DNA of 63,987 bases, the filler included, from an uncultured bacterium (lineage in GTDB: Bacteria; DAOPZR01), in the NCBI GenBank assembly GCA_964637655.1. It is 13 parts of 13 records of this genome, joined end to end, with 100 filler letters (N's around TTAATTAATTAA, not from the genome) between each part and the next. Parts side by side here need not be neighbours in the genome. Positions count along the whole stretch, not along the records: positions 1 to 5,203 come from CAZWUZ010000270.1; positions 5,304 to 10,439 come from CAZWUZ010000272.1; 11 more parts are not named here. One strand, written 5' to 3'. Position 1 is the first letter of the stretch, and each line of letters starts with the position of its first letter. Made by a program: the position numbers and the translations under genes. The notes below the pieces were generated by a model. That model searched no databases, was not told the DNA's origin, and saw only the letters and a program-made list of their open reading frames with translations. This document shows, one piece after another, positions 1-9,866 of this stretch.

Positions 1-269
1 AGCTCCACCAGGCCGATGCCGTTCAGCGGCAGCTGGTTGCAGAGCGGAATCAGTTCCGCGGTGCGCATGGCAGCGAGCATCCCCGCCAGGCGCGCGGTTT
101 CCAGCACCGGGCCCTTGGCGGTGTCGCCGGTGAGAATGCGCCGCCGCGTCGCCGGGCGCATACGCACCGTCGCGGTCGCGGTCGCCCGCCGCCGCGTGCG
201 CGCCTTGCGCCCCACGTCGACCATGCGCGCCTGTCCCTGCCGCACATGACTCAGCCGCCGCCCCGCCAT
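1..269 (-). CDS. moaC: Cyclic pyranopterin monophosphate synthase MoaC (runs off window start)
   Basis: Manual translation: MAGRRLSHVRQGQARMVDVGRK...AKGPVLETARLAGMLAAMRTAELIPLCNQLPL. Has the MVDV and LIPLC motifs and lies directly downstream of moaA. Not in the ORF track. Confidence 0.9.
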   Translation of the reverse strand, partial: MAGRRLSHVRQGQARMVDVGRKARTRRRATATATVRMRPATRRRILTGDTAKGPVLETARLAGMLAAMRTAELIPLCNQLPLNGIGLVE

Positions 270-270
270 G

Positions 271-1221
271 TCAGCCCCCCGTCCTCAGCATCGGGCGGAC
301 GAGGCAGGTATCCGCCGCCGCCACCCCGCATGCCGGTTTGTGCGCCACCGCCTCCTGCAGCAGCGGGCGCAGGTCGTCGCCGCGGCGCAGCGCCGGGCGC
401 AGGTCAATTTCGTACGGCGAGTAGAGGCAGGGGCGCAGGCAGCCGTCGAAACTGAGCCGCAGGCGGCTGCAGGTGGCGCAGCTGTTGTGCCGGTGCGCGC
501 TGATGAACCCGAGCCGCTGCCCGTCGCCCGTGCGGTACCAGACGGCGATGCCGTCGTCTGCCGCCGCGCGCGTCAGCGTCAGCCCGGCCGCGCGCAGTTG
601 CGCGCGGATAACCGCGCCATCCACCGGCGAGAACCCGGTACCGGGCACCGGCATCTGCTCGATGAAACGCAGTTCGCAGCCGCGCGCGCGCGCGAACTGC
701 GCCAGCGCCGGCGGTTCGTCATCGTTGACGCCGCGCATGATGACCGTATTGAGCCGCACCGGCTGCAGGCCGGCCCGCTGCGCCGCGTCGATACCCGCCA
801 GCAGGTCGGCATGCGCGTCGACCCCGGTGATGCGGCGGAAGGTCGCCGGGCGCAGCGTGTCGCAGCTGACATTGACCCGCTGCAGCCCGGCCGCAGCGAG
901 CGCCGGCGCCTGCGCGGCCAGCAGCGTGCCGTTGGTGGTCAGCACCAGTTCCGGACGCGGCGACAGGGCCGCGAGCTGTTCGACGAGGCGGAACAGGTTG
1001 CGCTTGCGCAGCGGTTCACCGCCGGTGAGGCGGAGTTTGCGGCCGCCCAGGGCGACAAAAACGCGCGCCACCGCGGTCATCTCCTCGAAGCGCAGGCAGT
1101 CGGCATGCGCCAGCGGCACCGCACTGCGCGGCGGCAGGCAGTAGCAGCAGCGCAGGTTGCAGTAGTCGGTAACGGCGATACGGAGATAATCGACGGTGCG
1201 CCCGCAGGCATCGCGCAGCAT
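271..1221 (-). CDS. moaA: GTP 3',8-cyclase MoaA (radical SAM)
   Basis: YLRIAVTDYCNLRCCYC (CxxxCxxC), LTGGEP, C-terminal CATC...PCL cluster motif, terminal GG. Start set at ATG 1221. Confidence 0.95.
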   Translation of the reverse strand: MLRDACGRTVDYLRIAVTDYCNLRCCYCLPPRSAVPLAHADCLRFEEMTAVARVFVALGGRKLRLTGGEPLRKRNLFRLVEQLAALSPRPELVLTTNGTLLAAQAPALAAAGLQRVNVSCDTLRPATFRRITGVDAHADLLAGIDAAQRAGLQPVRLNTVIMRGVNDDEPPALAQFARARGCELRFIEQMPVPGTGFSPVDGAVIRAQLRAAGLTLTRAAADDGIAVWYRTGDGQRLGFISAHRHNSCATCSRLRLSFDGCLRPCLYSPYEIDLRPALRRGDDLRPLLQEAVAHKPACGVAAADTCLVRPMLRTGG

Positions 1222-1225
1222 GTGG

Positions 1226-2968
1226 CTACTCCGCGAACGGCAGGAAGCGGATTTCGTCGTCACGCAGGTAGAAGGTGACAAACTGGTACCGCTCGCCGAT
1301 GGCCAGGTTCCGCCCGGCAAAACTGACCAGCGTCCCGGGATAGAGCACGTCCTTGACCTTGATGTTGGCGCGCTCGGGCAGCTTGAGTCCGCGGCGCAAC
1401 TCCTCGCGGCGCGCCTCGAACAGGCGGAGCTTGGTTTCGAGGTCGGAGGACTGCACCAGTTCGGCGAAGGCGTGTTCCGTCGCGCTGCCGTCACCCTGCG
1501 CCGCCCGCACCCCCATGCGACTGCTTGCCACGCGCCCGAGGGCGCGCCGCTCGCTTTCCAGCTGCGCCAGTTTCTTCTCGATCAGGTCGAGCTCGTCGCG
1601 CAGCGCCTGCCCCTCGCTGTGCTCGAGGCGCAGTTCCGTGCGCGCCCCCGCCTCGCCGCCGACCACGCGGGCGAGGATGCTGCCGCGGGCGCGCACGATG
1701 CCGCCGATAATCGCGCCCTTGCCGGCAAAGACCTGCACGCTGCCGCCCGCGAGGGTCAGTGAATGCAGCAGCGCCTCCGTCACCTTGATGTGGCGGCGCG
1801 CCGCCAGCCAGGCGCTCTCGACGTGATGGGCAATGATGTCGTAGCGCGCTTCGAGCCGCGCGCGCCCGCCGCCGAGCACGCCGCCGTGCACGCAGATCGA
1901 CCCGCCGCGCGACGTGACCGTCGCCCCCTCGACCCCGCCGAGAATCTCGATGTCACCCGAGGCCTCGACGCAAAAGCCGGTGCGCACCCAGCCGGTCACC
2001 ACCACCGCCCCGTCGATGCTGATATTGCCGGTGGCATAATCGACGTCGCCGGCGACGGTGTACACCGTGTCGACACTGACCACGCTGGCATCACCGTGCG
2101 CGTGCCCGCTCGCCGCCGCGAACAGTTTCAGCCCGTCCGCGGTAAGCTGGACGTTGCTGCCGGCCGTCAGTTTCACGTCACGGCCGCGCAACGGCGGCAC
2201 CGCCTGCCCGCGCACCGTCATCCCGGGTTCCCCCAGCGCGGGGGGGAACTTGACCGCCAGCGTCTGGTCCTTGTGCACGTTCTTGATCAGGTTGAGCTGG
2301 TAGTGGTTGACCCGCCCGTCAGGGAGGCGCAGCGGCACGCGTTCCGTGCGCGTGTCGAACTCGTAGCGCAGGCGCGCGGTCTGTCCCCGCGTCGGCGGCA
2401 TGCCGCGGGCAATGACCGTGTTGCGCACGATCACCGGTTCCGTACGCACCAGGTCGGCCAGCGCGGCGAGTTTGCCCTCGCTGATCCCGTAGGTGACCTT
2501 CTCCTCGCCGAGCAGCACGCGCACGGTGGTGGCAAAATCGGGCCACAACCCCTGCGGCACCGTGACGGAGGCGCTCATCTCGTCCGCCGCCACCTTGACG
2601 CTGATCTCCGCCCCGAGGTTGACGAAGGTGTCGATGTAGGTGGAGATGCGGCGGGGTTTGCCATCGGCGCGGCGCACCTGCTCGGCCACCTCCTCGCGGT
2701 TGACGGTGAAGATGCACTTGCGTTCGAGGTCGTCAAAAACCTCCGCCGCCGGCACCGGGCTGCCGCCGCTCCCCGGCGCATGCACGCTCAGGTACTGCCC
2801 GTCGCGTTTCTGGTAGAGCAGGTAGAACCCGTCGGCGCGCGGCGCGTCCGCCGCCGCCGGGGCGGAGGCCGCCAGCGTCGCCGCGGCGATCGCATCGAGA
2901 TCGAGGTTCGCCGCCGCCGCGCCCAGCTGCGCGCGCAGCGCCGCCTTGAGTTTTTCCCGCTCGTCCAT
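1226..2968 (-). CDS. FapA/DUF342 family protein
   Basis: GDVDYATGNI and V.G.V..GF.VEA.GDI.I.G.VEGA beta-helix repeats, G.IIGG, C-terminal coiled coil and LYPGT. Confidence 0.85.
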   Translation of the reverse strand: MDEREKLKAALRAQLGAAAANLDLDAIAAATLAASAPAAADAPRADGFYLLYQKRDGQYLSVHAPGSGGSPVPAAEVFDDLERKCIFTVNREEVAEQVRRADGKPRRISTYIDTFVNLGAEISVKVAADEMSASVTVPQGLWPDFATTVRVLLGEEKVTYGISEGKLAALADLVRTEPVIVRNTVIARGMPPTRGQTARLRYEFDTRTERVPLRLPDGRVNHYQLNLIKNVHKDQTLAVKFPPALGEPGMTVRGQAVPPLRGRDVKLTAGSNVQLTADGLKLFAAASGHAHGDASVVSVDTVYTVAGDVDYATGNISIDGAVVVTGWVRTGFCVEASGDIEILGGVEGATVTSRGGSICVHGGVLGGGRARLEARYDIIAHHVESAWLAARRHIKVTEALLHSLTLAGGSVQVFAGKGAIIGGIVRARGSILARVVGGEAGARTELRLEHSEGQALRDELDLIEKKLAQLESERRALGRVASSRMGVRAAQGDGSATEHAFAELVQSSDLETKLRLFEARREELRRGLKLPERANIKVKDVLYPGTLVSFAGRNLAIGERYQFVTFYLRDDEIRFLPFAE

Positions 2969-2974
2969 TGCCGC

Positions 2975-3844
2975 TTACTTGCCGCCGGTCGCCATGTTGA
3001 GGAAGATGGTGGCGTTTCTGAACTCGCGGTCGATATCCTCGGCAATCAGTTTTTCCAGCGCCTCGGGGGGAATCTTCAGCGAGTCGACCGCCTGCTCGCT
3101 GATCCCGGAGATCTCGTAATCGCCCGAGAAGCCGATGTGCTTCGACTTGCACAGGATGTCGGCGAAATGTACCGCCACCGTGTGCGGGCCCTCCTTCGCC
3201 TGCAGCGGGTCGTGGTGGAAGGCGATGGCCTCCTGCAGGTTGGCCGGCAGGTTCCACTTCTCCGCCAGCAGTTTGCCGATGTCCGCGTGCGTCAGCCCGC
3301 CCAGCACCTCGCGTTCCGCCTGCAGGAAGGCGCAGCCGGTGTCCTTCGTCAGTCCGACCACCTCGCTGAATTCCTCGTGCAGGTACTGGTCCATGACCAC
3401 CTTGCCCATGTCGTGCAGCAGGCCGGCAAGGAAGAACTCCTCCTGGTCCTTGGCCGGCACCTTGATCAGGTTGGCGATGAGTTTCGCCCCGACCCCGACC
3501 CCGAGCGAGTGTTTCCAGAACTCCTCGCGCTTGAAGGTCGACAGTTCCGCCGACGAGAACGAGTCGAGCACCGACGCCGACAGCGCCAGCGACTTGATGG
3601 TGTTGAAACCGAGGATGACCACCGCCTGGGTGATCGACGCGACCTTGTTCGACAGCCCGTAGTAGGCGGAGTTGACCAGCTTGAGCACCTTGGCCGCCAG
3701 CGCCTGGTCGGTGGAGATCAGCTGGTTGACGTCGCGCGCCGTGGTGTTCGGGTTGTTGACCACCTGCACGATCTTGGTCGCCGCCACGGGCAGCGTCGGC
3801 AGCTTGTCGATCTTGGCCACCAGCCGTTGAATTCGCGGATCCAT
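2975..3844 (-). CDS. HDOD domain protein
   Basis: LPTLP, DQALAAKVLKLVNSAYYG, FWKHS, AGLLHDMGK, HADIG...WNLP...IAFHH. Confidence 0.93.
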   Translation of the reverse strand: MDPRIQRLVAKIDKLPTLPVAATKIVQVVNNPNTTARDVNQLISTDQALAAKVLKLVNSAYYGLSNKVASITQAVVILGFNTIKSLALSASVLDSFSSAELSTFKREEFWKHSLGVGVGAKLIANLIKVPAKDQEEFFLAGLLHDMGKVVMDQYLHEEFSEVVGLTKDTGCAFLQAEREVLGGLTHADIGKLLAEKWNLPANLQEAIAFHHDPLQAKEGPHTVAVHFADILCKSKHIGFSGDYEISGISEQAVDSLKIPPEALEKLIAEDIDREFRNATIFLNMATGGK

Positions 3845-3862
3845 GTGTCTCTCCTTGGCGCG

Positions 3863-4912
3863 TCAGCGCAGGCTTTCCAGCCGGGCGCGCACGCGCTCGA
3901 CGTATACCGCATCGGGATAGGTGCGCAGGTAGGTTTCGAACGCGGCGCGGGCCGCCGCGGTGTTCCCCGTCTGCGCGTGCGTCTGCCCGATCTCGAACTG
4001 GGCGAAACTGGCGAGCCCGCTGCGCGGCCAGCGCTCGATGACCTGCTGGTAGGCCGCCAGCGCCTCCTGCGTGCGCCCGAGCACGCGCAGGTACTCGCCG
4101 ATCTTGTACTGCGCGTCATCCGCCACCTGGCTCGCGGGATAGCGCGCCAGCAGGGCGCGGCAGGCGTCGATGGCGCCGGCCCGGTTGCCGAGCCGGGCGA
4201 GGTTCTGCGCGATCTCGTACTGCGCATCGGGCGCCTTGTCGCTGCTCGGGAAGCCCTGCACGAGGCGGCGGTAGTAGACATTGGCGCTGGCGTAGTCGCC
4301 GGCGCGGTTGTAGGTCTCCCCCAGTTCGAAGAAGGCGGAACGGACGCGCGGGGAGGCGGGATACTCGGCGATGAGCCGCTTGAAGTAGCGCACGGCATCA
4401 TCGTAGTTGTTGTAGCGGTTCTTGCTGATGCTGCCGAGCCGGAAACAGGCGTCGGCCGCGTAGGGGTTTTCGCCGGTCGTCTCGAGAATGGTCTTGTAGA
4501 CCTCGACCGCGGCGGCGAACTCACCGGATGCCTCGTACGCCACCCCGGTGAAGAGTTGCGCCTGCAGCTGCAGTTCCTGCAGTTTGCGCGTCATGCCGAT
4601 AACCGTCTCCTGCAGCGCGTCCATCTCCTGCCGCAGGCGCGGGAGTTCGTGTTCGCCCGGCGCCAGCGCCGGGTCGCCCGCGTCGAGCGGACGCAGCGGA
4701 CGCACGTAGGCGGTCTCCGCCGGGGCGGCGGCCGGGGCCTCCGGTTCAGTCACCACCGGAGTGGTGTCGCTGCTTACCGGCGGCGGCGGGTCGGGTTCCC
4801 CGGGTCGCGCGAACGGATCGCGCGCCCAGTCAAACGAGACACACCCCGCCCCGAGCAGGGCGAGCAGCACTGCGGCACAGGCCGGCAGCAGCCGGCTACG
4901 GGACGTAGACAT
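3863..4912 (-). CDS. TPR-repeat lipoprotein (CpoB/BamD-like)
   Basis: Lipobox LGAGC, coiled coil, several TPRs with YP.S...A.F/Y motifs. Confidence 0.8.
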   Translation of the reverse strand: MSTSRSRLLPACAAVLLALLGAGCVSFDWARDPFARPGEPDPPPPVSSDTTPVVTEPEAPAAAPAETAYVRPLRPLDAGDPALAPGEHELPRLRQEMDALQETVIGMTRKLQELQLQAQLFTGVAYEASGEFAAAVEVYKTILETTGENPYAADACFRLGSISKNRYNNYDDAVRYFKRLIAEYPASPRVRSAFFELGETYNRAGDYASANVYYRRLVQGFPSSDKAPDAQYEIAQNLARLGNRAGAIDACRALLARYPASQVADDAQYKIGEYLRVLGRTQEALAAYQQVIERWPRSGLASFAQFEIGQTHAQTGNTAAARAAFETYLRTYPDAVYVERVRARLESLR

Positions 4913-5203
4913 ACGCGCTCCAGCGCCGGTAGCGCTCGTCGGTGACCCCCGGGACGAAGCGGAGTTCCGCCACGTCCGTGAACGGCGCCACTGTCGTGCG
5001 ATACCAGATGATATACTCCGCCGCCGCGGCATCGAGTCCGGGCAGCTGCTGCAATTCCTCCGCCGTGACGGTGTTGAGATCGAGAAAGACAGCCGGCCCG
5101 TCGCCCGGGCGCGGGCGCGGCAGGTCGCCGCCCGGCGGCAGCGTGGCCGGACGGCGCGACAGCCGCCGCAACTCCGCGCGCAGCCGCTCGGTTTCCGCCG
5201 CCA
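4896..5203 (-). CDS. ComEA-like helix-hairpin-helix protein (5' truncated)
   Basis: LDLNTVTAEELQQLPGL...FTDVAELRFVPGV. Confidence 0.8.
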
Positions 5204-5303
5204 NNNNNNNNNNNNNNNNNNNNNNNNNNNNNNNNNNNNNNNNNNNNTTAATTAATTAANNNNNNNNNNNNNNNNNNNNNNNNNNNNNNNNNNNNNNNNN
5301 NNN
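5204..5303. other. Artificial contig linker (N-run + TTAATTAATTAA). Also at 10440, 15664, 20830, 25989, 31125, 36260, 41371, 46463, 51546, 56598 and 61634.
   Basis: Identical 100-nt spacers with stops in all six frames; complete contig lengths fall steadily from 5136 to 4936 nt. Confidence 0.97.
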
Positions 5304-6344
5304 GCAGACCTCGGGCGCGCGCTGCTCCGCCTGCTCGCCTGGCCGTTTGCCGGGCTGGTCTGGCTGCGCCGCCACTGCTACCACCTCGGCCTGCTGCGCA
5401 CGCACGCGGTGGCGCCGCGGGTCATCAGTGTAGGCAACCTCGTCGCCGGCGGTACGGGCAAGACGCCGGTCACCATCCTGCTGGTGCGTGCGCTGCGTGC
5501 GGCCGGACTGTCGGTCGGGGTGGTGATGCGCGGGTATGGCGGGAAACGCACGGCCGGGCCGGCGGTGCTCAGCGATGGCAAACACGTGCTGCTGACCCCG
5601 CGCGAGGCGGGCGACGAGCCCTACATGCTGCTGCGCGAACTGCCGGGGGTGCCGGTGGTGGTCGACAGCGACAAGACGCGCGCCGCCCACCGGCTGGCGA
5701 CGCAGTTCAAACCCGCGGTGATTGTGGTTGACGACGGGTTCCAGCACCTGCGGCTGGAGCGCAACGCCGATATCGTGCTGCTCGACGCGGCGCGGCCGTT
5801 CGACAATGAACACCTGCTGCCGCGCGGGCTGCTGCGCGAATTGCCCGCCGCGCTGGCGCGCGCGCAGATAGTGGTGATCACCCGCGCGCAGGCCGTGCCC
5901 GACCTCGAGCCGCTGCGGGCGCGGCTGCGTGCGCAGGCACCGCAGGCGGCGCTCTTCACCGCCGACCTCGTGCCGCAATGCCTGAAAAACTTCCGCACGG
6001 GCGAGGAACAGCCGCTGGCGCTGCTGGCGGGAAAACGCGTCGTCATGCTCTCGGGGATTGCGCGCCCCGACTCGTTCGAGGCGATGGTGCAGGCGGCCGG
6101 CCCGGCCTTTGCCATTCCCTACCGCTGGCCTGACCATCACGCCTATTCCGCCGCCGACATGGCGGTACTGCGCCGGTTGTGTGTCGACAATAAACTCGAC
6201 CTTGTCGTCACCACGGCCAAGGACGCGGTGAAACTCTCGGATGTGCTCGATGTGCCGGTGCCGGTCTGCGTGCTGACCGTCGCCTGCACGCTGCGCGAGG
6301 ACGGGTTTGTCGACGCGGTGCGGCGCGCGGCGGGACTGGCCTGA
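5304..6344 (+). CDS. lpxK: Tetraacyldisaccharide 4'-kinase (5' truncated)
   Basis: VISVGNLVAGGTGKTP, RGYGG, GDEP, DDGFQH, LLPRGLLRE, PDHH. Confidence 0.95.
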   Translation, partial: ADLGRALLRLLAWPFAGLVWLRRHCYHLGLLRTHAVAPRVISVGNLVAGGTGKTPVTILLVRALRAAGLSVGVVMRGYGGKRTAGPAVLSDGKHVLLTPREAGDEPYMLLRELPGVPVVVDSDKTRAAHRLATQFKPAVIVVDDGFQHLRLERNADIVLLDAARPFDNEHLLPRGLLRELPAALARAQIVVITRAQAVPDLEPLRARLRAQAPQAALFTADLVPQCLKNFRTGEEQPLALLAGKRVVMLSGIARPDSFEAMVQAAGPAFAIPYRWPDHHAYSAADMAVLRRLCVDNKLDLVVTTAKDAVKLSDVLDVPVPVCVLTVACTLREDGFVDAVRRAAGLA

Positions 6345-7123
6345 TGGCACGCCTGCCGCTCTCGGTCTTCATCATCACGCATAATGAGGCGCACAACCTG
6401 CCGCGCGCGCTGGCCAGCGTGGCGTGGGCGGACGAACGGCTGGTGGTCGATTCAGGGAGCACGGACGGCACGACGGAACTGGCGCGGCAGGCAGGCGCGC
6501 GGGTCGAGCAGCGCGCGTGGACCGGGAGTTTCGGCGAGTACAAGGAGGCGGCGCTGCGCCTCTGCACGCACCGCTGGGTGCTGCTGCTCGATGCCGACGA
6601 GGAAGTGACACCCCCGCAGCGCGCGTTCATCGAGCAGCTGCTGGCTGCCGACCCGGTCGAGCGTGCGGTCGCTTTCCGCCGTAAGACCTTTTTCGGCACG
6701 CAATGGATACGCGGGCTGGGGTGGTATCCCGACTACGTGGTGCGTCTCTTCCCGCAGGACAAGGGGCGCTTTTCGCCTGACCGGGTACATGAGCGTGTTA
6801 TCGTCGACCTGCCGGTGGAATACCGCCCCGAGGCGTTCAATCATTACAGCTACCGCGATGAAGCGGATTTCCGCGCACGCAGCGAGCGTTATGCGCAACT
6901 CTGGGCGCAGACCGCGCGGACTAAAGGGAAAAAGCCGGCGGCGTTTCCCGCGTTGCGCGGGTGGGTCACCTTCCTGCGCTGCTACGTGCTCAAGTACGGG
7001 TTCATCGACGGGCGCAACGGTCTGCTGCTGTCGCGCCTCTATGCCGAGTATGCGCGCCGCAAGTATGAGCTGCTGCGGAACGATGTTTCCCCCTCTCCCT
7101 CGCTGAGGGAGAGGGAGGGGTGA
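6344..7123 (+). CDS. GT2 glycosyltransferase (WaaE/KdtX-like)
   Basis: IITHNEA, VVDSGSTDGT, LDADE, VHE, GFIDGRNG. Confidence 0.9.
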   Translation: MARLPLSVFIITHNEAHNLPRALASVAWADERLVVDSGSTDGTTELARQAGARVEQRAWTGSFGEYKEAALRLCTHRWVLLLDADEEVTPPQRAFIEQLLAADPVERAVAFRRKTFFGTQWIRGLGWYPDYVVRLFPQDKGRFSPDRVHERVIVDLPVEYRPEAFNHYSYRDEADFRARSERYAQLWAQTARTKGKKPAAFPALRGWVTFLRCYVLKYGFIDGRNGLLLSRLYAEYARRKYELLRNDVSPSPSLREREG

Positions 7124-7127
7124 GGGT
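7091..7127. repeat. REP-like palindrome (CCCTCTCCC...GGGAGAGGG family) overlapping the GT2 stop codon
   Basis: CCCTCTCCCTC-gct-GAGGGAGAGGG then GGGTGAGGG; related copies at 10372, 10546, 31356 and 60966-61049. Confidence 0.75.
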
Positions 7128-7133
7128 GGTTTC

Positions 7134-8123
7134 ATGACAGTTGTCGTGCGCGTCCCCAACTGGCTGGGTGATTGTGTCATGTCGCTCCCCGCGCTGCGCG
7201 CCATACGTGCGGCCCACCGCGACGACGAACTGATTGTGCTGGCGCATACGAGTGTCGCGCCGCTCTACCGCTGCCTGCCGGAAATCGACGAGGTGCGTGA
7301 TTTCGACTTCAAGAACCGCTCCGGCAAGCGCGAGGCAACGGCGTTCCTGCGCCGCCATCACCGTGACGCGCGCGGCTATCTGTTCGTCAATTCACTGTCC
7401 GGGGCATGGCAGTTCCGCCGCGCCGGGGTGCGCGAGCGCATCGGCTTCGCCCGCGGCCTCAACCGCCTGCTGCTGACGCAGGCAATTGACGACACGCCTT
7501 TTCGCGGACAGCACCAGGTGCACCGCTACCTCGGGCTGGTCGAGGCGGCAACAGGCGTACGCGGCAACCCTGACGATTTTGTCATCACGCCGCCGGCTGA
7601 CGCGGCAGCGAAGGCACAGCAGTTGCTGGCGAAGACGCCGGCGGCGGGGCGCGGCTATTTTGTCGTGCATCCCGGGGCGCAGTACGGGCCCGCCAAGCGC
7701 TGGCCGCCGGAAAAGTTCCGTGACGCGGCGGTGGCCATCGCCGCGGCGACGGGACTGGTGCCGGTTATCACCGCCGGCCCGCGCGAGAACAGCGCCGGCG
7801 CCTGCCCTGACGGTGGTATCGACCTGAGCGGCAAGACGCAGCTGCCGGCGCTCCTCGCGCTCTTTGCCGGTGCGGCTTTCGCGCTGGTCAATGATTCCGG
7901 CCCGATGCATCTGGCGGCGGCGTCAGGCACGAAGGTTATCGCGCTCTTCCTCTCGACCGACCCGGGCGCCACCGCCCCGCTCGGTGAAGGGCATCAGCTG
8001 CTGACTGCGGACGTGCCGTGCCGCCCCTGTTTTGCGCGCACCTGCCCGCACGGCGATTACCGCTGCGCCGACGCCATCGGCATCGACCGTGTGGTAGCGG
8101 CCGCCCGAACGCTGGCTGGCTGA
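7134..8123 (+). CDS. waaF: LPS heptosyltransferase II (GT9)
   Basis: PNWLGDCVM, PGAQYGPAKRWP, NDSGPMHLAAA, CRPCF...C...C. Confidence 0.9.
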   Translation: MTVVVRVPNWLGDCVMSLPALRAIRAAHRDDELIVLAHTSVAPLYRCLPEIDEVRDFDFKNRSGKREATAFLRRHHRDARGYLFVNSLSGAWQFRRAGVRERIGFARGLNRLLLTQAIDDTPFRGQHQVHRYLGLVEAATGVRGNPDDFVITPPADAAAKAQQLLAKTPAAGRGYFVVHPGAQYGPAKRWPPEKFRDAAVAIAAATGLVPVITAGPRENSAGACPDGGIDLSGKTQLPALLALFAGAAFALVNDSGPMHLAAASGTKVIALFLSTDPGATAPLGEGHQLLTADVPCRPCFARTCPHGDYRCADAIGIDRVVAAARTLAG

Positions 8124-8133
8124 ACACCGGCAG

Positions 8134-8967
8134 ATGCACCGGCATTGTGCGGCCCGGCTGCCGGTGCTCGTCATGGTAGTCTGCCTGGCCGGTTGCGTGG
8201 CGGCGCGGCGGGCTGACCGTACCGGCGAGATGATTCCGGTGCGTGTCGAACTGCGGGTCTTTGATGCCGGCACAAGGCAACCCGTTGCCAACGCCATCGT
8301 GCACTATGCTGCCGGCCTTACTTCCTTCAAGGGCATGACGATGGCGACCGACGACCGCGGCCGGCTGCTGACCGGTCCCGACGGGACCTGCAGTGTTGCG
8401 ACCCGCATAGTTGCGCGGCCAGTCAACTTTTTCGACGATGGCGCCGATTACTTGTCGTTCAATGGCCTGCGGGTGTCGGTGCTGCATCCCGAATATGCCG
8501 CCTGGTACGAGCGGTTTGCGGCATGCGACCTCGCCGGCCGGGAGGTCATCAGGTGCACGGTGCTCATGACGTCGCCTGAGCAGGCGGCGGCGGACGTTTC
8601 GGTGGTGCACGGATTGCGGACGCTGGCGAACATGCTGTGCGGTTGGCACCGGCTGGAAAAGGCCGGCGACGGGGACGTGCCTGACAGTTACGTCTTCGAT
8701 CGCGCGCATGTCGCCGACCGCTATGCCGCCGCTTGCGCCATGCTGTGTCATGTACTGCCGGAGTCCATGGACACCGCCACGGCGCGGGCGGTGACGCTCG
8801 CGCGGCAGGATATCGAAGAGGGATTGCGCCTCCTGCGCGAACCGCGGCGGGTGCGCGTGCCGCTGTATGCGCCGCTGGCGTTCGTGCTTCGCAATCACAT
8901 TCCCTGGCGCGACGGCGACGTGCTGTGGCGCGATGACGGCGACACCGTGGCGGAAGAAAACCGATGA
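8134..8967 (+). CDS. Hypothetical lipoprotein
   Basis: Lipobox LAGC; VFDAGTRQPVANAIV resembles a carboxypeptidase-regulatory-like fold; operonic spacing. Confidence 0.55.
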   Translation: MHRHCAARLPVLVMVVCLAGCVAARRADRTGEMIPVRVELRVFDAGTRQPVANAIVHYAAGLTSFKGMTMATDDRGRLLTGPDGTCSVATRIVARPVNFFDDGADYLSFNGLRVSVLHPEYAAWYERFAACDLAGREVIRCTVLMTSPEQAAADVSVVHGLRTLANMLCGWHRLEKAGDGDVPDSYVFDRAHVADRYAAACAMLCHVLPESMDTATARAVTLARQDIEEGLRLLREPRRVRVPLYAPLAFVLRNHIPWRDGDVLWRDDGDTVAEENR

Positions 8968-9857
8968 CCGGAAACGTCCCTCCGGCAGGTGGTGTCCGCC
9001 GCACCGCCTGGCTGCGCCGCGCGGCGGCGGTCGGCGTCCTGCTCGCCGGATTGCCGTACCTGTACTGCGGCATGACGCATGTCTGCATGGCAGGGCATTT
9101 CCGCCATCCGCCGTATCCGCCGGGACAGGTCGCCAATGATGTGGTCTGGGTATCCGGCTTTGTCGCGGCGGCATTCCTGTTCCACCGTGCTCGCGTCCGC
9201 CACCGACTGCTGCTGGCGCTGGTCCTGCTGTTCCTCGTGGCGATGCGGCTGCTGCTGGGCGGCCTGGGCGGGGCGGACCTGTTCATCGGGGCGCCGGTGA
9301 CCTTCCTGCTCATGGGCTATGCGCTGTACGCGGTGCGTGCCGGCGAAAACCCGGTGTCCGACGAGGACAGCGTGGCGTTTCACCGCCGGCGCCGGCGGGC
9401 GAGGAAGGGCTGCCTGCTGCTGCTGCTTGGCGCGCTCGCACTGTGGGGCACCTACCGGGGTTATTACGTTTTCAAGGCGTGGCCGGTGCCGGTGGTGGAA
9501 ATTGGGGAAGCCGACCTGCCGTTCGTCCGCCCGCTGACGGTGGCGGCGGGTGCCTGCGCGCGTTTCGTCCTGCCCGACGGCCAGGCGTTCGCGGTCTGGT
9601 CGCAGGCAAGCCGCATGGAAAGCGGGTCGCTGGAGCTGGTCGTTGCGGAGACGCCATACATAGCGGAGTACATATTTCCGGCCATTGCACATCATGGCGG
9701 CATGTACGGGGGCACGCGGCGCACGGATATCTATCAGGCCGGGGCGTTCAGCATCAGCGTGCGGGTCGACAGCGATAGCGGCAGGCCGCGTGGCAGGGTG
9801 AAGGTCGTGCGCGATGCCGGACAGCGTTGGGAGGAATGGGCGGGAACGGATGAGTGA
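8964..9857 (+). CDS. Hypothetical membrane protein
   Basis: Several hydrophobic helices; ATGA overlap with the upstream gene. Confidence 0.55.
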   Translation: MTGNVPPAGGVRRTAWLRRAAAVGVLLAGLPYLYCGMTHVCMAGHFRHPPYPPGQVANDVVWVSGFVAAAFLFHRARVRHRLLLALVLLFLVAMRLLLGGLGGADLFIGAPVTFLLMGYALYAVRAGENPVSDEDSVAFHRRRRRARKGCLLLLLGALALWGTYRGYYVFKAWPVPVVEIGEADLPFVRPLTVAAGACARFVLPDGQAFAVWSQASRMESGSLELVVAETPYIAEYIFPAIAHHGGMYGGTRRTDIYQAGAFSISVRVDSDSGRPRGRVKVVRDAGQRWEEWAGTDE

Positions 9858-9866
9858 GTCCCGGCC

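Noticed and set aside
1763-4945. 1060-aa plus-strand ORF
   Set aside because: Antisense shadow of the FapA, HDOD and TPR genes, typical of high-GC DNA; no recognisable motifs.
5204-5303. Recurring TTAATTAATTAA motif within N-runs at about 5-kb spacing
   Set aside because: Artificial contig linker; cross-linker gene neighbourhoods and ORFs ending in X...LIN are artefacts.
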